A stretch of 64,000 bases of DNA from Thermoplasmata archaeon (GCA_021792255.1 JAJYUZ010000003.1:192001-256000), one strand, 5' to 3'. Shown: positions 48,981 to 59,883, counted from the stretch's first letter. The notes: generated by a model from the letters alone, not told the origin. Numbers and translations: made by a program.

Positions 48981-50027
48981 ATGAGTTCAATAGTGTCCTA
49001 TGGATCTTACGTTCCGAGGTTCCGAATCAAGTCCGAGGAGATCGCAAAAGAGTGGGGAGAGATTCCTGAAAACATCAAGAATGGACTCTTTATCTTCAGC
49101 AAATCCGTTCCGGGACCTGACGAGGATGTCCTAACTATTTCAGCAGAGGCTGCAAAGAATGCACTCAAAAGGGTTGACCTTGATAAGAACAAAATAGGCG
49201 CAATATACGTTGGTTCTGAAAGTCATCCATACGCCGTAAAGCCTACGTCGTCAATTCTCGTTGAAGCTCTTGGCTTATCTTACGATATCCATTCTGCAGA
49301 CTACGAGTTTGCGTGCAAAGCGGGAACCGCCGCAATGCAAAATGTAATGTCTATGGTCGACAGCGGGCAGATCGAGAATGGAATCGCAATTGGGGCTGAC
49401 ACTTCCCAGGGAGCACCGGGAGATGCACTTGAATACTCCGCGTCCGCAGGTGGAACAGCGATTTTGATCGGAAAGAATGGTTTTGCGGACTTCAATGCTA
49501 CTCTTTCGTTCACAACAGATACACCAGATTTCTGGAGGAGGGAGGGGGAGAAGTACCCGAGCCATGGGGGTAGATTCACTGGAGAACCTGCATACTTCAA
49601 GCACGTTCTTACCGGTGCAAAGAAAATGATGGAAAGGCAATCGACGAAACCAGAAGATTACGATTACGCAGTGTTCCACCAACCCAACGGTAAATTTCCA
49701 ACGAGGGCAGCAAAAATGCTCGGCTTTAAGGATGAACAGGTAAAAGATGGTCTGCTCACTCCATACATAGGCAACACGTATTCCAGTTCAATGATCATTG
49801 GTCTGTCAGCAATCCTGGACAAGGCAGAGAGCGGAGACAGGATACTCGCCGTTGCGTTTGGTAGCGGAGCAGGCTCGGATGTTTTCGATCTGACTGTCAA
49901 CGATCACATCAAAACCCTGAAAAGAGAGAAGGCTCCGGGAGTGATGGAGCAAGTCAACAAGCAGATATGGATAGACTACGCTACTTACGTTAAATACAGG
50001 GGCAAGATAATTATGAGGGGGGCGTGA
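48981..50027 (+). CDS. Hydroxymethylglutaryl-CoA synthase (archaeal type)
   Basis: [11 protein letters not shown], catalytic [31 protein letters not shown]. Confidence 0.95.
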   Translation: MSSIVSYGSYVPRFRIKSEEIAKEWGEIPENIKNGLFIFSKSVPGPDEDVLTISAEAAKNALKRVDLDKNKIGAIYVGSESHPYAVKPTSSILVEALGLSYDIHSADYEFACKAGTAAMQNVMSMVDSGQIENGIAIGADTSQGAPGDALEYSASAGGTAILIGKNGFADFNATLSFTTDTPDFWRREGEKYPSHGGRFTGEPAYFKHVLTGAKKMMERQSTKPEDYDYAVFHQPNGKFPTRAAKMLGFKDEQVKDGLLTPYIGNTYSSSMIIGLSAILDKAESGDRILAVAFGSGAGSDVFDLTVNDHIKTLKREKAPGVMEQVNKQIWIDYATYVKYRGKIIMRGA

Positions 50028-50031
50028 TCCA

Positions 50032-51189
50032 ATGAGGGACGTTTACATTCTCGGGGTAGGTACGACAAAATTCGGAGAACTGTGGGATTCAAGTTTAAGG
50101 GAGCTAGCATCCGAGGCGGGTCTGAAGGCAATTGTGGATGCAGGAATCTATGCGGAAGATGTTGATGCTCTGTATGGCGCAAATACGAGTGGAGGTCAGT
50201 TTGTTGATCAGGAACAGATAGCTGCCCTGATTGCTGACTATTCTGGGATAACCGAGCTCAATATCCCTTCGATAAGGGTAGAGGCAGGATCGGCGAGTGG
50301 GGGGGCTGCGTTGATGCAGGCTTATCTGGCAGTAAAGTCCGGTCAATACGACACAGTAGTTGTCGGGGGTGTGGAAAAGATGACCGATGTCCCTTCCGAG
50401 GTCGCGAACGAAATAATTGGAGGATCGCTGGACGCAGAGTGGGAAACATTCTTCGGTGCTACTGAGTGTTCAATTGCAGCCATGATAGCCAGAAGACACG
50501 AGTACGAGGGAGCAGCAAAAAGGGAAAACTACGCAGTGTTTCCCGTGATATCGCACAAACACGCATCAATGAACGATACATCCCATTTCAAGAGTGTTAT
50601 CAAGATTGAGGATGTAATAAGAGCTTCACCGGTCGCTGAACCGCTCACGGTCTTCGACAATGCACCCATTAGCGATGGAGCATCTGCACTGGTAATATCT
50701 GCCGACACTAAGAAGATCAAAGGAGTCGCACGACCCATAAAGATAAAGTCGAGCTCGGCTGCGAACGATTTTCTATCCCTTCACGACAGAAAATCTATCG
50801 ATTCATTCAGGGCCGTTAAGAAAAGCACAAGCAATGCTCTGAAGTTAGCGGGTCTTGATGTCGGAAAGATCGATGGGTTCGAGATCCACGACTCTTACAG
50901 CATTGCAGCACTCATCCAGATGGAAGAGATTCTAGGAAAAGCGGCAGTGAAGATGACAGAGGGAAATGAATTCTACTACAATTCTTCTCATCCCGTCAAC
51001 GTCTCAGGGGGTCTTAAGGCCCACGGAAATCCACTCGGGACCAGTGGACTGTACCAAGCAGTCGAGGCGACGTTGCAGCTCAGAGAAAAGGCAGGGCAAC
51101 GTCAGGTAAAATCACCGAGCAATTTTCTCATACACAATATGGGTGGTCTCGGGACGACTTCCGTTTCGACTGTAATAGGAGTTGATTAA
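50032..51189 (+). CDS. Thiolase-family protein (archaeal HMGS-associated), catalytic motifs altered
   Basis: TKFGELW, GGVEKM, PISDGASA, PVNVSGGLKA; VEAGSASG, HDSY and GNP replace the usual VEAACASG, HDCF and GHP. Confidence 0.88.
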   Translation: MRDVYILGVGTTKFGELWDSSLRELASEAGLKAIVDAGIYAEDVDALYGANTSGGQFVDQEQIAALIADYSGITELNIPSIRVEAGSASGGAALMQAYLAVKSGQYDTVVVGGVEKMTDVPSEVANEIIGGSLDAEWETFFGATECSIAAMIARRHEYEGAAKRENYAVFPVISHKHASMNDTSHFKSVIKIEDVIRASPVAEPLTVFDNAPISDGASALVISADTKKIKGVARPIKIKSSSAANDFLSLHDRKSIDSFRAVKKSTSNALKLAGLDVGKIDGFEIHDSYSIAALIQMEEILGKAAVKMTEGNEFYYNSSHPVNVSGGLKAHGNPLGTSGLYQAVEATLQLREKAGQRQVKSPSNFLIHNMGGLGTTSVSTVIGVD

Positions 51190-51190
51190 A

Positions 51191-51595
51191 TTGAGCGAAG
51201 TACCGAGGTTTTGGAGAGAGTCGAGGCACAGGTACAGATTAGTTGGAACTAGGTGCCTAAACTGCAATACACTATATTTCCCCCCGAGGGTAATATGCCC
51301 ATCTTGCAGAAGAGAATCTGTGGGAAAAATGAAGGAGGAAGAGATGTCTGGAGCGGGGGAAGTATTTTCCTTCACCGTCGTTCACGATGGATTAGAGCAG
51401 TTCAAGATGCAGATTCCGTACATTATGGCATTGATCAAGATGAAAGAAGGTCCGTTTGTAACTGGACAGATCGTCGACTGTTCTCCCGATGACGTCAAGA
51501 TTGGGACCAAGGTCTCGGCCACACTGAGGAAAGTGAGGTCAGAGGGGAAAGAGGGCATAATACAGTACGGGTATAAGTTCACCGTTTCTCCCTGA
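51191..51595 (+). CDS. DUF35 Zn-ribbon/OB-fold protein
   Basis: CLNC...FPPRVICPSC, GEVFSFT, IIQYGYKF; third gene of the HMGS-thiolase-DUF35 triad. Confidence 0.92.
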   Translation: MSEVPRFWRESRHRYRLVGTRCLNCNTLYFPPRVICPSCRRESVGKMKEEEMSGAGEVFSFTVVHDGLEQFKMQIPYIMALIKMKEGPFVTGQIVDCSPDDVKIGTKVSATLRKVRSEGKEGIIQYGYKFTVSP

Positions 51596-51691
51596 TTGAG
51601 TTACGTCGGGCTGACTGCGTTTTCTATCCTTGGATCGTATTACCTTTATCCCTGCTCACCAGAAGCTAACTGGCTGTCATTTTTGCGTTAC

Positions 51692-52510
51692 TCAGGCCTT
51701 CACCGTTACTATCTCTACGTAAAAATACAGAGTCTTTCCTACGAGGTAGGAGTTATCGTTTATGCAGTAGTAGCTGCCAGTTACGGCGCTAATATAAGAA
51801 CCGGAGTTTAGTATAGTGCCGTTCACAACGTTGGTGTAATAGTCGATAGTAGTGTTGTTTCCACTTCCCGTAATATTCTGAGTCACAATACTGAATCCCT
51901 TGGTCGTTTCATATGGGTAGTACTGCCCACCGACGACCGGTTCGTTTTCAATTTGTGCATACCATCCATTGAAGCTCAGCACGTGAACGCTCCATCCATA
52001 AATAGGGCTGGTTAATGTTTCTCCAGCATTGGGAAACACTCCGAACTCGGCTCTGAATGCGCTATAGTTGAGTAGCTGGTAGGCCGGAACACTTCCGTTG
52101 ATACTGTGCCTGTGAATCAGGCTGGTATTCTCTAGACCGTACCCTTGAGACGGCTGGATCGTTATGATCCCAGATTCTCCCTTTGCCATACCGACCAGCC
52201 CGCTGTCAAATCCCTTTATCATGGATCCGGAACCAACGGTGTCGTTGAGGACTTTGAACGGAGGGTGATAGCTGAAATCAGGAGCCTTGATGTAAGTCGT
52301 GTTGTTGTTGGCCACGTTCGCTATGTTTGTGTCGAAGATCAACGGATTGCCATCCACGACTATATACCCGTAATACCAGAGCGTGACGTTATCTCCTTGT
52401 TTAATAACAGTTAGCTTGGGCTGGAGATAATAGTGGTACGCCCCGTATGATGCCACTGGGACTATAATCACCAGTGCAATCAACAGTATTATCAGGGTCC
52501 TGAACTGCAT
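51692..52510 (-). CDS. Membrane-anchored FKBP-type peptidyl-prolyl isomerase (SlyD-like)
   Basis: GDNVTLWYYG, IFDTN, VGSGSMIKGFDSGLVGM, PSQGYG, LVGKTLYFYVEI; N-terminal TM. Confidence 0.85.
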   Translation of the reverse strand: MQFRTLIILLIALVIIVPVASYGAYHYYLQPKLTVIKQGDNVTLWYYGYIVVDGNPLIFDTNIANVANNNTTYIKAPDFSYHPPFKVLNDTVGSGSMIKGFDSGLVGMAKGESGIITIQPSQGYGLENTSLIHRHSINGSVPAYQLLNYSAFRAEFGVFPNAGETLTSPIYGWSVHVLSFNGWYAQIENEPVVGGQYYPYETTKGFSIVTQNITGSGNNTTIDYYTNVVNGTILNSGSYISAVTGSYYCINDNSYLVGKTLYFYVEIVTVKA

Positions 52511-52617
52511 TTACCCTGCAACAGTATCACAAATAAAAAACTACTCATTTATTTAAGTAATTAGAAATTCAAATTGCTGCGACACAAAGCATTTTTTATT
52601 AAGAGCGCTTCAGCCCG

Positions 52618-53469
52618 ATGGATAGGAAAGTTGCTTTCGGGAGCCTTTTATTCGTAGCAATAGTCTGGGGTTCGACGTTTCCTATCATCAAAGTATCCCT
52701 GAGCTACATAGATCCTATGTCATTTCTTCTCTTCAGGTTTGTCATCGCTTCACTCGTACTGTTACCGTTTATATACAAGAAGATAAACAGGAGAGACGCC
52801 CTCTACGGTTCTCTTGTAGGAGTGCCACTTTTCGTGGGCTATGTTACTCAGACCATCGGCCTGGAATATACCTCTCCGTCAATGTCTGGTCTTATCACCG
52901 GGATTTACATCATCTTGACCCCCATTCTCTCGATCTTCGTATTGAAGAATGGAGCCGATTTGGTCAAAATTTATCTTGCCATGGCGGCATTCGTCGGGAT
53001 GGCCCTAATGACCGTGTCTTCCACATCAGGGGAGATCATTGGGAATTTACTGACCCTGGTGACAGCCGTGTGTTATGCTTTGCAGATGGTCCTAACCGAA
53101 AAGTATCTGTTGAAGGGAGACCCATTGGTCTTTACCTTCTTTCAGTTGGTCATCGTTGCGGTGCTGAGCTTGCTGGTAAGTCCCGGCTCGGTAATGAAGG
53201 TCGGTGCTCTGACAAACAGCTACGTCCTATTCTCGGTATTATTCAACGCGATATTGGGTACCTCGCTTGCCATCTGGTTCATGAGCGCTGCGATCAGGAG
53301 TATAAGCGCTTACCTATCCGCACTGATATTGGTAATAGAACCCGTTTCAGCAGTGGTCGTCTCCACCATATTCTTCCACTTCCCAATCTCTGGATTGATG
53401 GTATTAGGTGGAGTAATCATACTGGTCGCGATGGTGCTTGCGATAAATAGGGAAAACAAGAAAATTTAG
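52618..53469 (+). CDS. EamA/DMT family transporter
   Basis: VWGSTF, RFVIA, QTIGLEYTS, EPVSA; about 10 TM helices. Confidence 0.9.
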   Translation: MDRKVAFGSLLFVAIVWGSTFPIIKVSLSYIDPMSFLLFRFVIASLVLLPFIYKKINRRDALYGSLVGVPLFVGYVTQTIGLEYTSPSMSGLITGIYIILTPILSIFVLKNGADLVKIYLAMAAFVGMALMTVSSTSGEIIGNLLTLVTAVCYALQMVLTEKYLLKGDPLVFTFFQLVIVAVLSLLVSPGSVMKVGALTNSYVLFSVLFNAILGTSLAIWFMSAAIRSISAYLSALILVIEPVSAVVVSTIFFHFPISGLMVLGGVIILVAMVLAINRENKKI

Positions 53470-53512
53470 GAAAGACAGTTGAAAGTGCCTCTCTTTTTTC
53501 TTAACCTCCATT

Positions 53513-53992
53513 CTATTGCTTGGAACTTTCTACTGCTCTCCTGAAAAGAGATTTCCTGAGAGACTGCAGACCACCAAATCTTGCATATGTAAATCCCTCA
53601 GCAAATCTCGGTATTCTGGACATCTTTACGTAGAGCGACATAACGTCTCGTGCCTTTGACTGTGCCCGGATCAAGATGGCTGGAGCCTCAGTTTTGGCCC
53701 GCAGGAGAACGTCGGGTATTTCATCTTGTGAGTCCACATCATCTAACAGGTCCTTCAGAAAGTCTGACTCTGGAGCACCTCTTTTAAAAATAATGGATGT
53801 CTCTAAATCGGCTAGGTAACGCAGAATTTTCTCGTAATTCTCCTTCCATTCCCTGTCCTTGGACAATAACAGCCCTATGTCGGATTCAAGTGATGCCATC
53901 GCAGTAAAGAAAGTCTCAACCTCCGAATCGTACTCCTCTTCTGTGTTTGAAATTGCGCACCCAAACTTCGGAAACTCTTTCGCATGCTCCAT
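53513..53992 (-). CDS. Hypothetical helical protein (tandem paralog A)
   Basis: Paralog of 54102-54578 (FPxFxCxI, LESDxG, DFL, PAILIR, RFxxGF). Confidence 0.7.
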   Translation of the reverse strand: MEHAKEFPKFGCAISNTEEEYDSEVETFFTAMASLESDIGLLLSKDREWKENYEKILRYLADLETSIIFKRGAPESDFLKDLLDDVDSQDEIPDVLLRAKTEAPAILIRAQSKARDVMSLYVKMSRIPRFAEGFTYARFGGLQSLRKSLFRRAVESSKQ

Positions 53993-54101
53993 ACTTTCCT
54001 AACTGTGTGCTGCATCTAAACTTATTGATTGAAGAGACGCTAAAAGAAATGGTTCAAGTGAAGGACCTTTTCGGAAGCTGCGCTAGCCTGATACGAATAC
54101 C

Positions 54102-54578
54102 CTACCTCGATTTCTTGATTGCCCTGATAAATAATGCTTCGCTCAGGATCCTTAGACCATCGAATCTTTCTTCAGAGAATCCTTTTGAAAATCTCTCTAT
54201 TCTGGATACTCTTATGTAGAGTGCCATCAGTTCTTCTACCTCCGCGGCGGTTCTGATTAGTATTGCGGGAACACTGCTACTAGAATGCAGCATAACATCA
54301 GCTTCGTCAACATCCTTCGGTTTGTCGACCAGAAATTTGTCCAAAAAACCAGAATCTGGAGGACTCCTCTTCATGATTATTGACGAGCCAACGTCCGAGA
54401 CGTACTGGAGCATCTTGGCATATTCATCATTCCAATCTTGGTCTAGATGCATTAGGATGCCCAGATCAGATTCGAGATAGATTAGATGTCTGAAAAACTC
54501 CCACGCTCCAGAGTCATAGTCTTCTGGCGCGCCCGTAATCACGCATTCAAAAGTCGGAAACTGCTTCGTATCCTTCAT
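54102..54578 (-). CDS. Hypothetical helical protein (tandem paralog B)
   Basis: Paralog of 53513-53992. Confidence 0.7.
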   Translation of the reverse strand: MKDTKQFPTFECVITGAPEDYDSGAWEFFRHLIYLESDLGILMHLDQDWNDEYAKMLQYVSDVGSSIIMKRSPPDSGFLDKFLVDKPKDVDEADVMLHSSSSVPAILIRTAAEVEELMALYIRVSRIERFSKGFSEERFDGLRILSEALFIRAIKKSR

Positions 54579-54660
54579 CTTTATCGCGATCTATTCTAAG
54601 ACTGGGTTTAAGTCTATTGTTATGTGGTTAATGAAAAAAAACAGAATGATAAATGGGTGT

Positions 54661-54975
54661 TTATGATTGAAGTTTCACTTCTATGTTTATTCCATCAGGT
54701 AGCTGAATCCTCATCACTTGCCTGATCGTTCTCTCGTCTGCATCGATGTAAATGAGTCTTCTGTGTACCCTCATTTCCCATCTGTCCCAGGTTGCTGTTC
54801 CAGCCCCATTCGGAGCTTTTCTTATGGGGACGAGTAACCTCTTTGTGAGAAGCGGAATCGGACCCTTCATCTCGACGCCTGTCCTGCTGGCCAATTGCCT
54901 AATCTCTGTGCAGACATTATCGACTTTTTTGACATTGGTTCCGGACAGTGAAATTTTCATTCGGTAAGAAGGCAT
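54661..54975 (-). CDS. rps10: 30S ribosomal protein S10
   Basis: [30 protein letters not shown]. Confidence 0.96.
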   Translation of the reverse strand: MPSYRMKISLSGTNVKKVDNVCTEIRQLASRTGVEMKGPIPLLTKRLLVPIRKAPNGAGTATWDRWEMRVHRRLIYIDADERTIRQVMRIQLPDGINIEVKLQS

Positions 54976-54984
54976 TGAGATCCA

Positions 54985-56265
54985 CTACTGTGTTTTCTTT
55001 TCCAGATCAATACACTGTCCAGCTGCCACGGTCTGTCCCATATCCCTTACTGCGAATCTCGCCATCTGGGGGAATTCTGACATCTTCTCTATGACCATTG
55101 GCTTGGAAGGAATGATCTTGACAATTGCGGCATCTCCAGTCTGGATGTGCTGGGGATTTTCTTCTTTCGTTGTTCCCTGTCTTGGATCTATTGTCTTGAT
55201 GATTTCTGTGATCGTACACGCGACCTGTGCTGTGTGGGTATGGAATACGGGCGTATATCCTGCAGCGATTACGGAGGGGTGGTTGAGTACCACTATCTGA
55301 CCAGTGAAACTCGAAACTACGGTCGGAGGGCTCGAAACCAAACCGGCAACGTCTCCTCGCCTTATGTCTGTCTTTGAGATTCCTCTGACGTTGAATCCAA
55401 CGTTGTCTCCAGGCTCTGCTTGCTGAATGTTTTCGTGATGCTCCTCGATCGATTTGACCTCTCCCACTTTGTGAGAAGGTTCGAATATGATGTTATCTCC
55501 AACCTTCATTACCCCGGTCTCGACTCTTCCTACTGGGACCGTTCCTATACCTGTAATGGAATAGACGTCTTGTACGGGGAGTCTGAGGGGCTTGTCGGTT
55601 GGTTTTGGCGGAATTGTAAGCTGATTAAGGAGGTCAAGTACGGTCGGTCCAGACCACCAGGAGAGGTTGGGGCTCTTCTTCATTATGTTGTCTCCCTTGT
55701 ATCCTGATATCGGGACGACTGGAACATTCTTGTATCCAACGGAGAGAAGGAGCTGCTCAATCTGTTTCTTGACTTCCTCAAATCTCTTTTGAGAATAGGG
55801 CGGCTGGGTGGCGTCCATCTTGTTTACTAGAACTATCAACTGTGGAACCCCTAGGGTCCTTGCAAGGAAAACGTGTTCCCTCGTCTGGGCCATGACACCT
55901 TCTCCATCTCTCGCTGAAACGACGAGGAGAGCAGCGTCCGCCTGACTCGTTCCTGTTATCATGTTCTTTACGAAGTCTCTGTGACCGGGAGCATCGATGA
56001 GGGTGAAGTAGTACTTGTCAGTCTCGAATTTTCTGTGTGCTACATCGATAGTAACACCTCTTTCTCTTTCCTCTTTCAGCCTATCCATAACCCAAGCAAA
56101 CTCAAAAGTTGCCTTTCCTTTCTCTTCTGCTTCTTTCTTGTATTCTTCTATGATATGAGCAGGGATTTCGCCGTGCTCGAATAGCAGTCTTCCTACTGTT
56201 GTTGATTTACCATGATCCACGTGACCAATGGTTACGAGATTCAGATGTGGTTTTTGCGTAGCCAT
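54985..56265 (-). CDS. tuf: Translation elongation factor EF-1 alpha
   Basis: [49 protein letters not shown]. Confidence 0.98.
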   Translation of the reverse strand: MATQKPHLNLVTIGHVDHGKSTTVGRLLFEHGEIPAHIIEEYKKEAEEKGKATFEFAWVMDRLKEERERGVTIDVAHRKFETDKYYFTLIDAPGHRDFVKNMITGTSQADAALLVVSARDGEGVMAQTREHVFLARTLGVPQLIVLVNKMDATQPPYSQKRFEEVKKQIEQLLLSVGYKNVPVVPISGYKGDNIMKKSPNLSWWSGPTVLDLLNQLTIPPKPTDKPLRLPVQDVYSITGIGTVPVGRVETGVMKVGDNIIFEPSHKVGEVKSIEEHHENIQQAEPGDNVGFNVRGISKTDIRRGDVAGLVSSPPTVVSSFTGQIVVLNHPSVIAAGYTPVFHTHTAQVACTITEIIKTIDPRQGTTKEENPQHIQTGDAAIVKIIPSKPMVIEKMSEFPQMARFAVRDMGQTVAAGQCIDLEKKTQ

Positions 56266-56398
56266 ACTATTGTGCCTCCATATTTGTACCTAGCTACCGC
56301 CTATTTTATCTCCGTATAAATCTTTTGTTGTGTTCATTTCCCGGTTCTATCATTGAGCGTGGTGGTCACACCGCCAGATCACGTCAAAAACTGATAGG

Positions 56399-56980
56399 TC
56401 AGCCGTAGAAGTAGATATAGATCGAAGTCAAAAATAGTGCGACCACGAGTATATAGTCCACAGTCGTCGGTTTCAATTTTGACAGATTCTTCACCACTCC
56501 TGTCATGACCACCGCAAGCACTACCAGTAAAGCCAAGATACTCACCGCTATGAACGTCACGCCGATAACGGTCAATTCAACATTTCCCAGCGGGTATGAT
56601 GCCATTATGATCGGCAGGAGAACTGGATCTGGAAGTATGCTCACTATTAGTGATGTGCTTTGTATATTCTTGGAGCCCTTCTTTTCCCTTAGAGTGTTTA
56701 TTAGTACATACATCGCTACCAAGACGAGAACCACGATCGAGACTTCTTTAAGGTCATTCAGACCAAACGCGCTGACGCCCACGAATAACGCCAGCATGGA
56801 GAGAAGCACAGAAGTCGATCCGTGGAGGAACCCCAGGACCGTCGAAATTTCTAAAACTCTTCTCCTCTTGTAACCCTCCTTTAGAGATAGGGCGGTAAGA
56901 GGGAGCCAGTGATCTGGTGCGATCATATGAAGAGATGCAACCGCAGTCGCGAGAGCAATGAAGACCAGAGGAGAATACAT
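56399..56980 (-). CDS. Membrane protein, NiCoT/RcnA-like metal transporter superfamily
   Basis: LHMIAPDHWLP (HxxxPDHW), GFLHG; about 6 TM helices. Confidence 0.65.
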   Translation of the reverse strand: MYSPLVFIALATAVASLHMIAPDHWLPLTALSLKEGYKRRRVLEISTVLGFLHGSTSVLLSMLALFVGVSAFGLNDLKEVSIVVLVLVAMYVLINTLREKKGSKNIQSTSLIVSILPDPVLLPIIMASYPLGNVELTVIGVTFIAVSILALLVVLAVVMTGVVKNLSKLKPTTVDYILVVALFLTSIYIYFYG

Positions 56981-57100
56981 TTACTCCCGATGCCTTAAAG
57001 TTATTAATAAATCCTTGTTGCAGAGAATCAAAATTGCGAAAAGAAAAATCGTTGACCAGAGAGAGTTTTCCCTCCCTCCAGTCATTTCTGAAAAGTGCGG

Positions 57101-59305
57101 CTATAGGTTTGCGTAGTAATTCGCATCGTAGGGTTCCGGTTTTAGTCCCTTTCTTTCCCTGATCTTCGCAACCACGCCGGCCTGCAGGTCCCTCGGGACT
57201 ATCTGGTGGCCGTGATTCTCCGTCGACCACAGGACTCTTCCACCCGTCGCACCCCTTATGGCGGATGCAAATCCGAACATTTCGGGTACTGGAACCATGG
57301 CTGATATCTTTGACTGCTCTCCTTCCTGCTCCATTTCAGTGATGACTCCCCTTCTCTGCTGGAATTCCCTTGTGACCGATCCGGATTCCTCCAACGGCGT
57401 ATCTACGAATACCTTCTGAATCGGTTCAAGAAGTATCCTGTTGGCCAGACACATTGCGCCGTAGATCGCATTCCTCACCGCAGGAATTACCTGGGCTGGT
57501 CCTCTGTGGATGCTGTCTTCGTGAAGCTTTGCATCGACCAGCATGATCTTTGTTCCGTACACTCTTTCGGCGGCCAACGGTCCCCTGTCTATAGCTTCGA
57601 CGAAGGCCTCCTTCACTAGTTCCATCGTCTCATTGAGGTACTGTATTCCTTTTGTAAGATCTAGCAGGATGTTTGGACCATGAACGGCTTCTATCCCCTT
57701 GGCCTCATCTCTATCGAGACCGAGTTCCTGGAGGGTCGCAATGACCGCCTTTTTGTCCTTGATCCTCTCAGCCTGTAATATGTCTCCCTTGAGAATTGCT
57801 TCCGTGATGGACTTTTCTAGTGGTGCAACTTCTATGTAAAACCTGTTGTGCTTGTTTGGGGACTTGCCTTCGAATGGTCCGCCCTTCCCTTGAACCGTTT
57901 CTCTGTAAACTACGATTGGATCCGAGGTATCTACCTCGACTTTGTGCTCGTTCTTTATCCTGTAGAGAGTCACATCCAGATGGAGTTCTCCCATACCGGA
58001 CATAAGGTGTTCCCCTGTTTCTTGATTGATTTCGACTTCGATGCTGGGGTCTGCCTTTGCAATAGTCCTCAAAACTTCGATGAGTCTCGGAAGATCTTTG
58101 GTGTGCTTCGCTTCTATTGCGACCGTCACGACCGGTTCCGAGTAATGTATCATCGGCTCGAAGACTTCCATATCGGCTATGCTGGATACTGTAGATCCGG
58201 CTATGGCATCCTTCAGTCCAACAACTGCCGAAATGTTTCCTGCGTCCAATTCATCGACAGGAATCCTGTCCGGTCCGACCATCATGGCAAGCTGCTGCAC
58301 TTTGTATCTTCTATCCCCTGCCCCTGAAATGTAGAGTTCTACCCCCTTGACGAGCTTTCCGCTAAAGAGCCTTCCGACTGCGACTTCGCCTGCGTGCTCA
58401 TCGACTATGATCTTGGTGACCATCATCATCACCGGACCATTAGAATCGCAAGTAGTCATTGCCTTTCCGACATCAGACGTAATGTCACCCTTCCAGATCT
58501 GTGGTATCCTGTAGACCTGGGCCACTTTCGGCGGAGGGAGATGGTGTACCACTGCGTCCAAGAGGACCTTATGCAGAGGAGTTTTTTTGGCTAGCGTTTT
58601 CTGGTCTCCGGCCGTCAGGTGCTGGTATACCTCCTTGAAACCTATTGATGATTTTGGGGTATACTTGGTGGAGAGAGCCCAGTTATTGAACGCGGATCCA
58701 AATATGACGGATCCGTTCTCGACGTTTACCTGCCAGGCTTCCTTGAACTCTTCTGGGGCATATCTCTTCAGCAACCTGTTGACTTCTGTGATTATCTTCA
58801 CGAAACGCTTCATCATGTCGTCTGGTCCGAGCTTCAGTTCGTTTATCAGCCTGTCGACCTTGTTAATGAAGAGAATTGGCTTAACTCTCTCTCTTAGCGC
58901 CTGCCTGATGACAGTCTCTGTCTGCGGCATTGGACCTTCAACTGAGTCAACGACGATGACCGCACCGTCGACTGCCCTCATTGCCCTCGTGACGTCTCCT
59001 CCAAAGTCAACGTGTCCTGGTGTATCTATTAGATTTACGAGATATGAAGTCCCTTCAACTTCGTGAACCATTGATGCCGATGCAGCGTTGATCGTGATTC
59101 CTCTTGCCTGCTCTTGCTCATCGAAATCCAGGACGAGCTGTTTGCCAGCTAGCTCCTCGCTCATCATTCCCGCGCCAGCGATCAGATTGTCCGATAACGT
59201 CGTCTTTCCATGATCTATGTGGGCGGCTATTCCTATGTTTCTTATTCTGGTTATATCCTTCATTATTTCGGAGGCTTTCTGAATGTTGTCTTCTTTTCTT
59301 CCCAC
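57101..59305 (-). CDS. fusA: Translation elongation factor EF-2
   Basis: AHIDHGKTT, DTPGHVDF, NKVD, diphthamide motif HEDSIHRGPAQ. Confidence 0.98.
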   Translation of the reverse strand: MGRKEDNIQKASEIMKDITRIRNIGIAAHIDHGKTTLSDNLIAGAGMMSEELAGKQLVLDFDEQEQARGITINAASASMVHEVEGTSYLVNLIDTPGHVDFGGDVTRAMRAVDGAVIVVDSVEGPMPQTETVIRQALRERVKPILFINKVDRLINELKLGPDDMMKRFVKIITEVNRLLKRYAPEEFKEAWQVNVENGSVIFGSAFNNWALSTKYTPKSSIGFKEVYQHLTAGDQKTLAKKTPLHKVLLDAVVHHLPPPKVAQVYRIPQIWKGDITSDVGKAMTTCDSNGPVMMMVTKIIVDEHAGEVAVGRLFSGKLVKGVELYISGAGDRRYKVQQLAMMVGPDRIPVDELDAGNISAVVGLKDAIAGSTVSSIADMEVFEPMIHYSEPVVTVAIEAKHTKDLPRLIEVLRTIAKADPSIEVEINQETGEHLMSGMGELHLDVTLYRIKNEHKVEVDTSDPIVVYRETVQGKGGPFEGKSPNKHNRFYIEVAPLEKSITEAILKGDILQAERIKDKKAVIATLQELGLDRDEAKGIEAVHGPNILLDLTKGIQYLNETMELVKEAFVEAIDRGPLAAERVYGTKIMLVDAKLHEDSIHRGPAQVIPAVRNAIYGAMCLANRILLEPIQKVFVDTPLEESGSVTREFQQRRGVITEMEQEGEQSKISAMVPVPEMFGFASAIRGATGGRVLWSTENHGHQIVPRDLQAGVVAKIRERKGLKPEPYDANYYANL

Positions 59306-59311
59306 TTAAAA

Positions 59312-59878
59312 TCACCTCGCCGAGGAAGCCTGCCTTTCCTTGTCGTCCTTCTCCTTTATAGAATAACAGTTCGGGTCGTTCTTCGCTGCTGCGATTATTT
59401 CATCCGCTAGCGCTACCCACATGTTTTTCTTTGTCTTCTTGGCCGTTTGCCTGGCTCCAAATGAGATGTTTCTAATCGCCAGATCCAATCTTCTAGATGA
59501 ACTCGTATCAACGGACTTAGGAACGGCGATTCCTCCATATTTCAGTCTCGTGATCTCTTCCCTCGGCCCAGCATTCTGTATTGCGTTGACGTAAACCTGG
59601 ACGGGATTCTCTTTCGTCTTCTTCTCTACCGATTCGAAAGCGAGTTTTACCGTCCTGTAAGCGCTCTGCTTTTTTCCAGTCCATCTGATGGTCCTCATAA
59701 GATTGTTTATGAGGCGCTCGACCACATTCATTCCTGCTTTGCCCATGAACTTGTTTGCGTGTTTCCCTCCGCTGTGGAGAGTAGCGGTTGGTTTCAGAGA
59801 GATGTATTTCGAAAGTGCAGGATCTACGACAGAAATTCCCTCCGTTTCCCACTTTTCAAAAACGAGAATACCCACCAT
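59312..59878 (-). CDS. rps7: 30S ribosomal protein S7
   Basis: VERLINNLM, NPVQV, GPREE, RRLDLA, ERQASSAR. Confidence 0.96.
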   Translation of the reverse strand: MVGILVFEKWETEGISVVDPALSKYISLKPTATLHSGGKHANKFMGKAGMNVVERLINNLMRTIRWTGKKQSAYRTVKLAFESVEKKTKENPVQVYVNAIQNAGPREEITRLKYGGIAVPKSVDTSSSRRLDLAIRNISFGARQTAKKTKKNMWVALADEIIAAAKNDPNCYSIKEKDDKERQASSAR

Positions 59879-59883
59879 TCATA

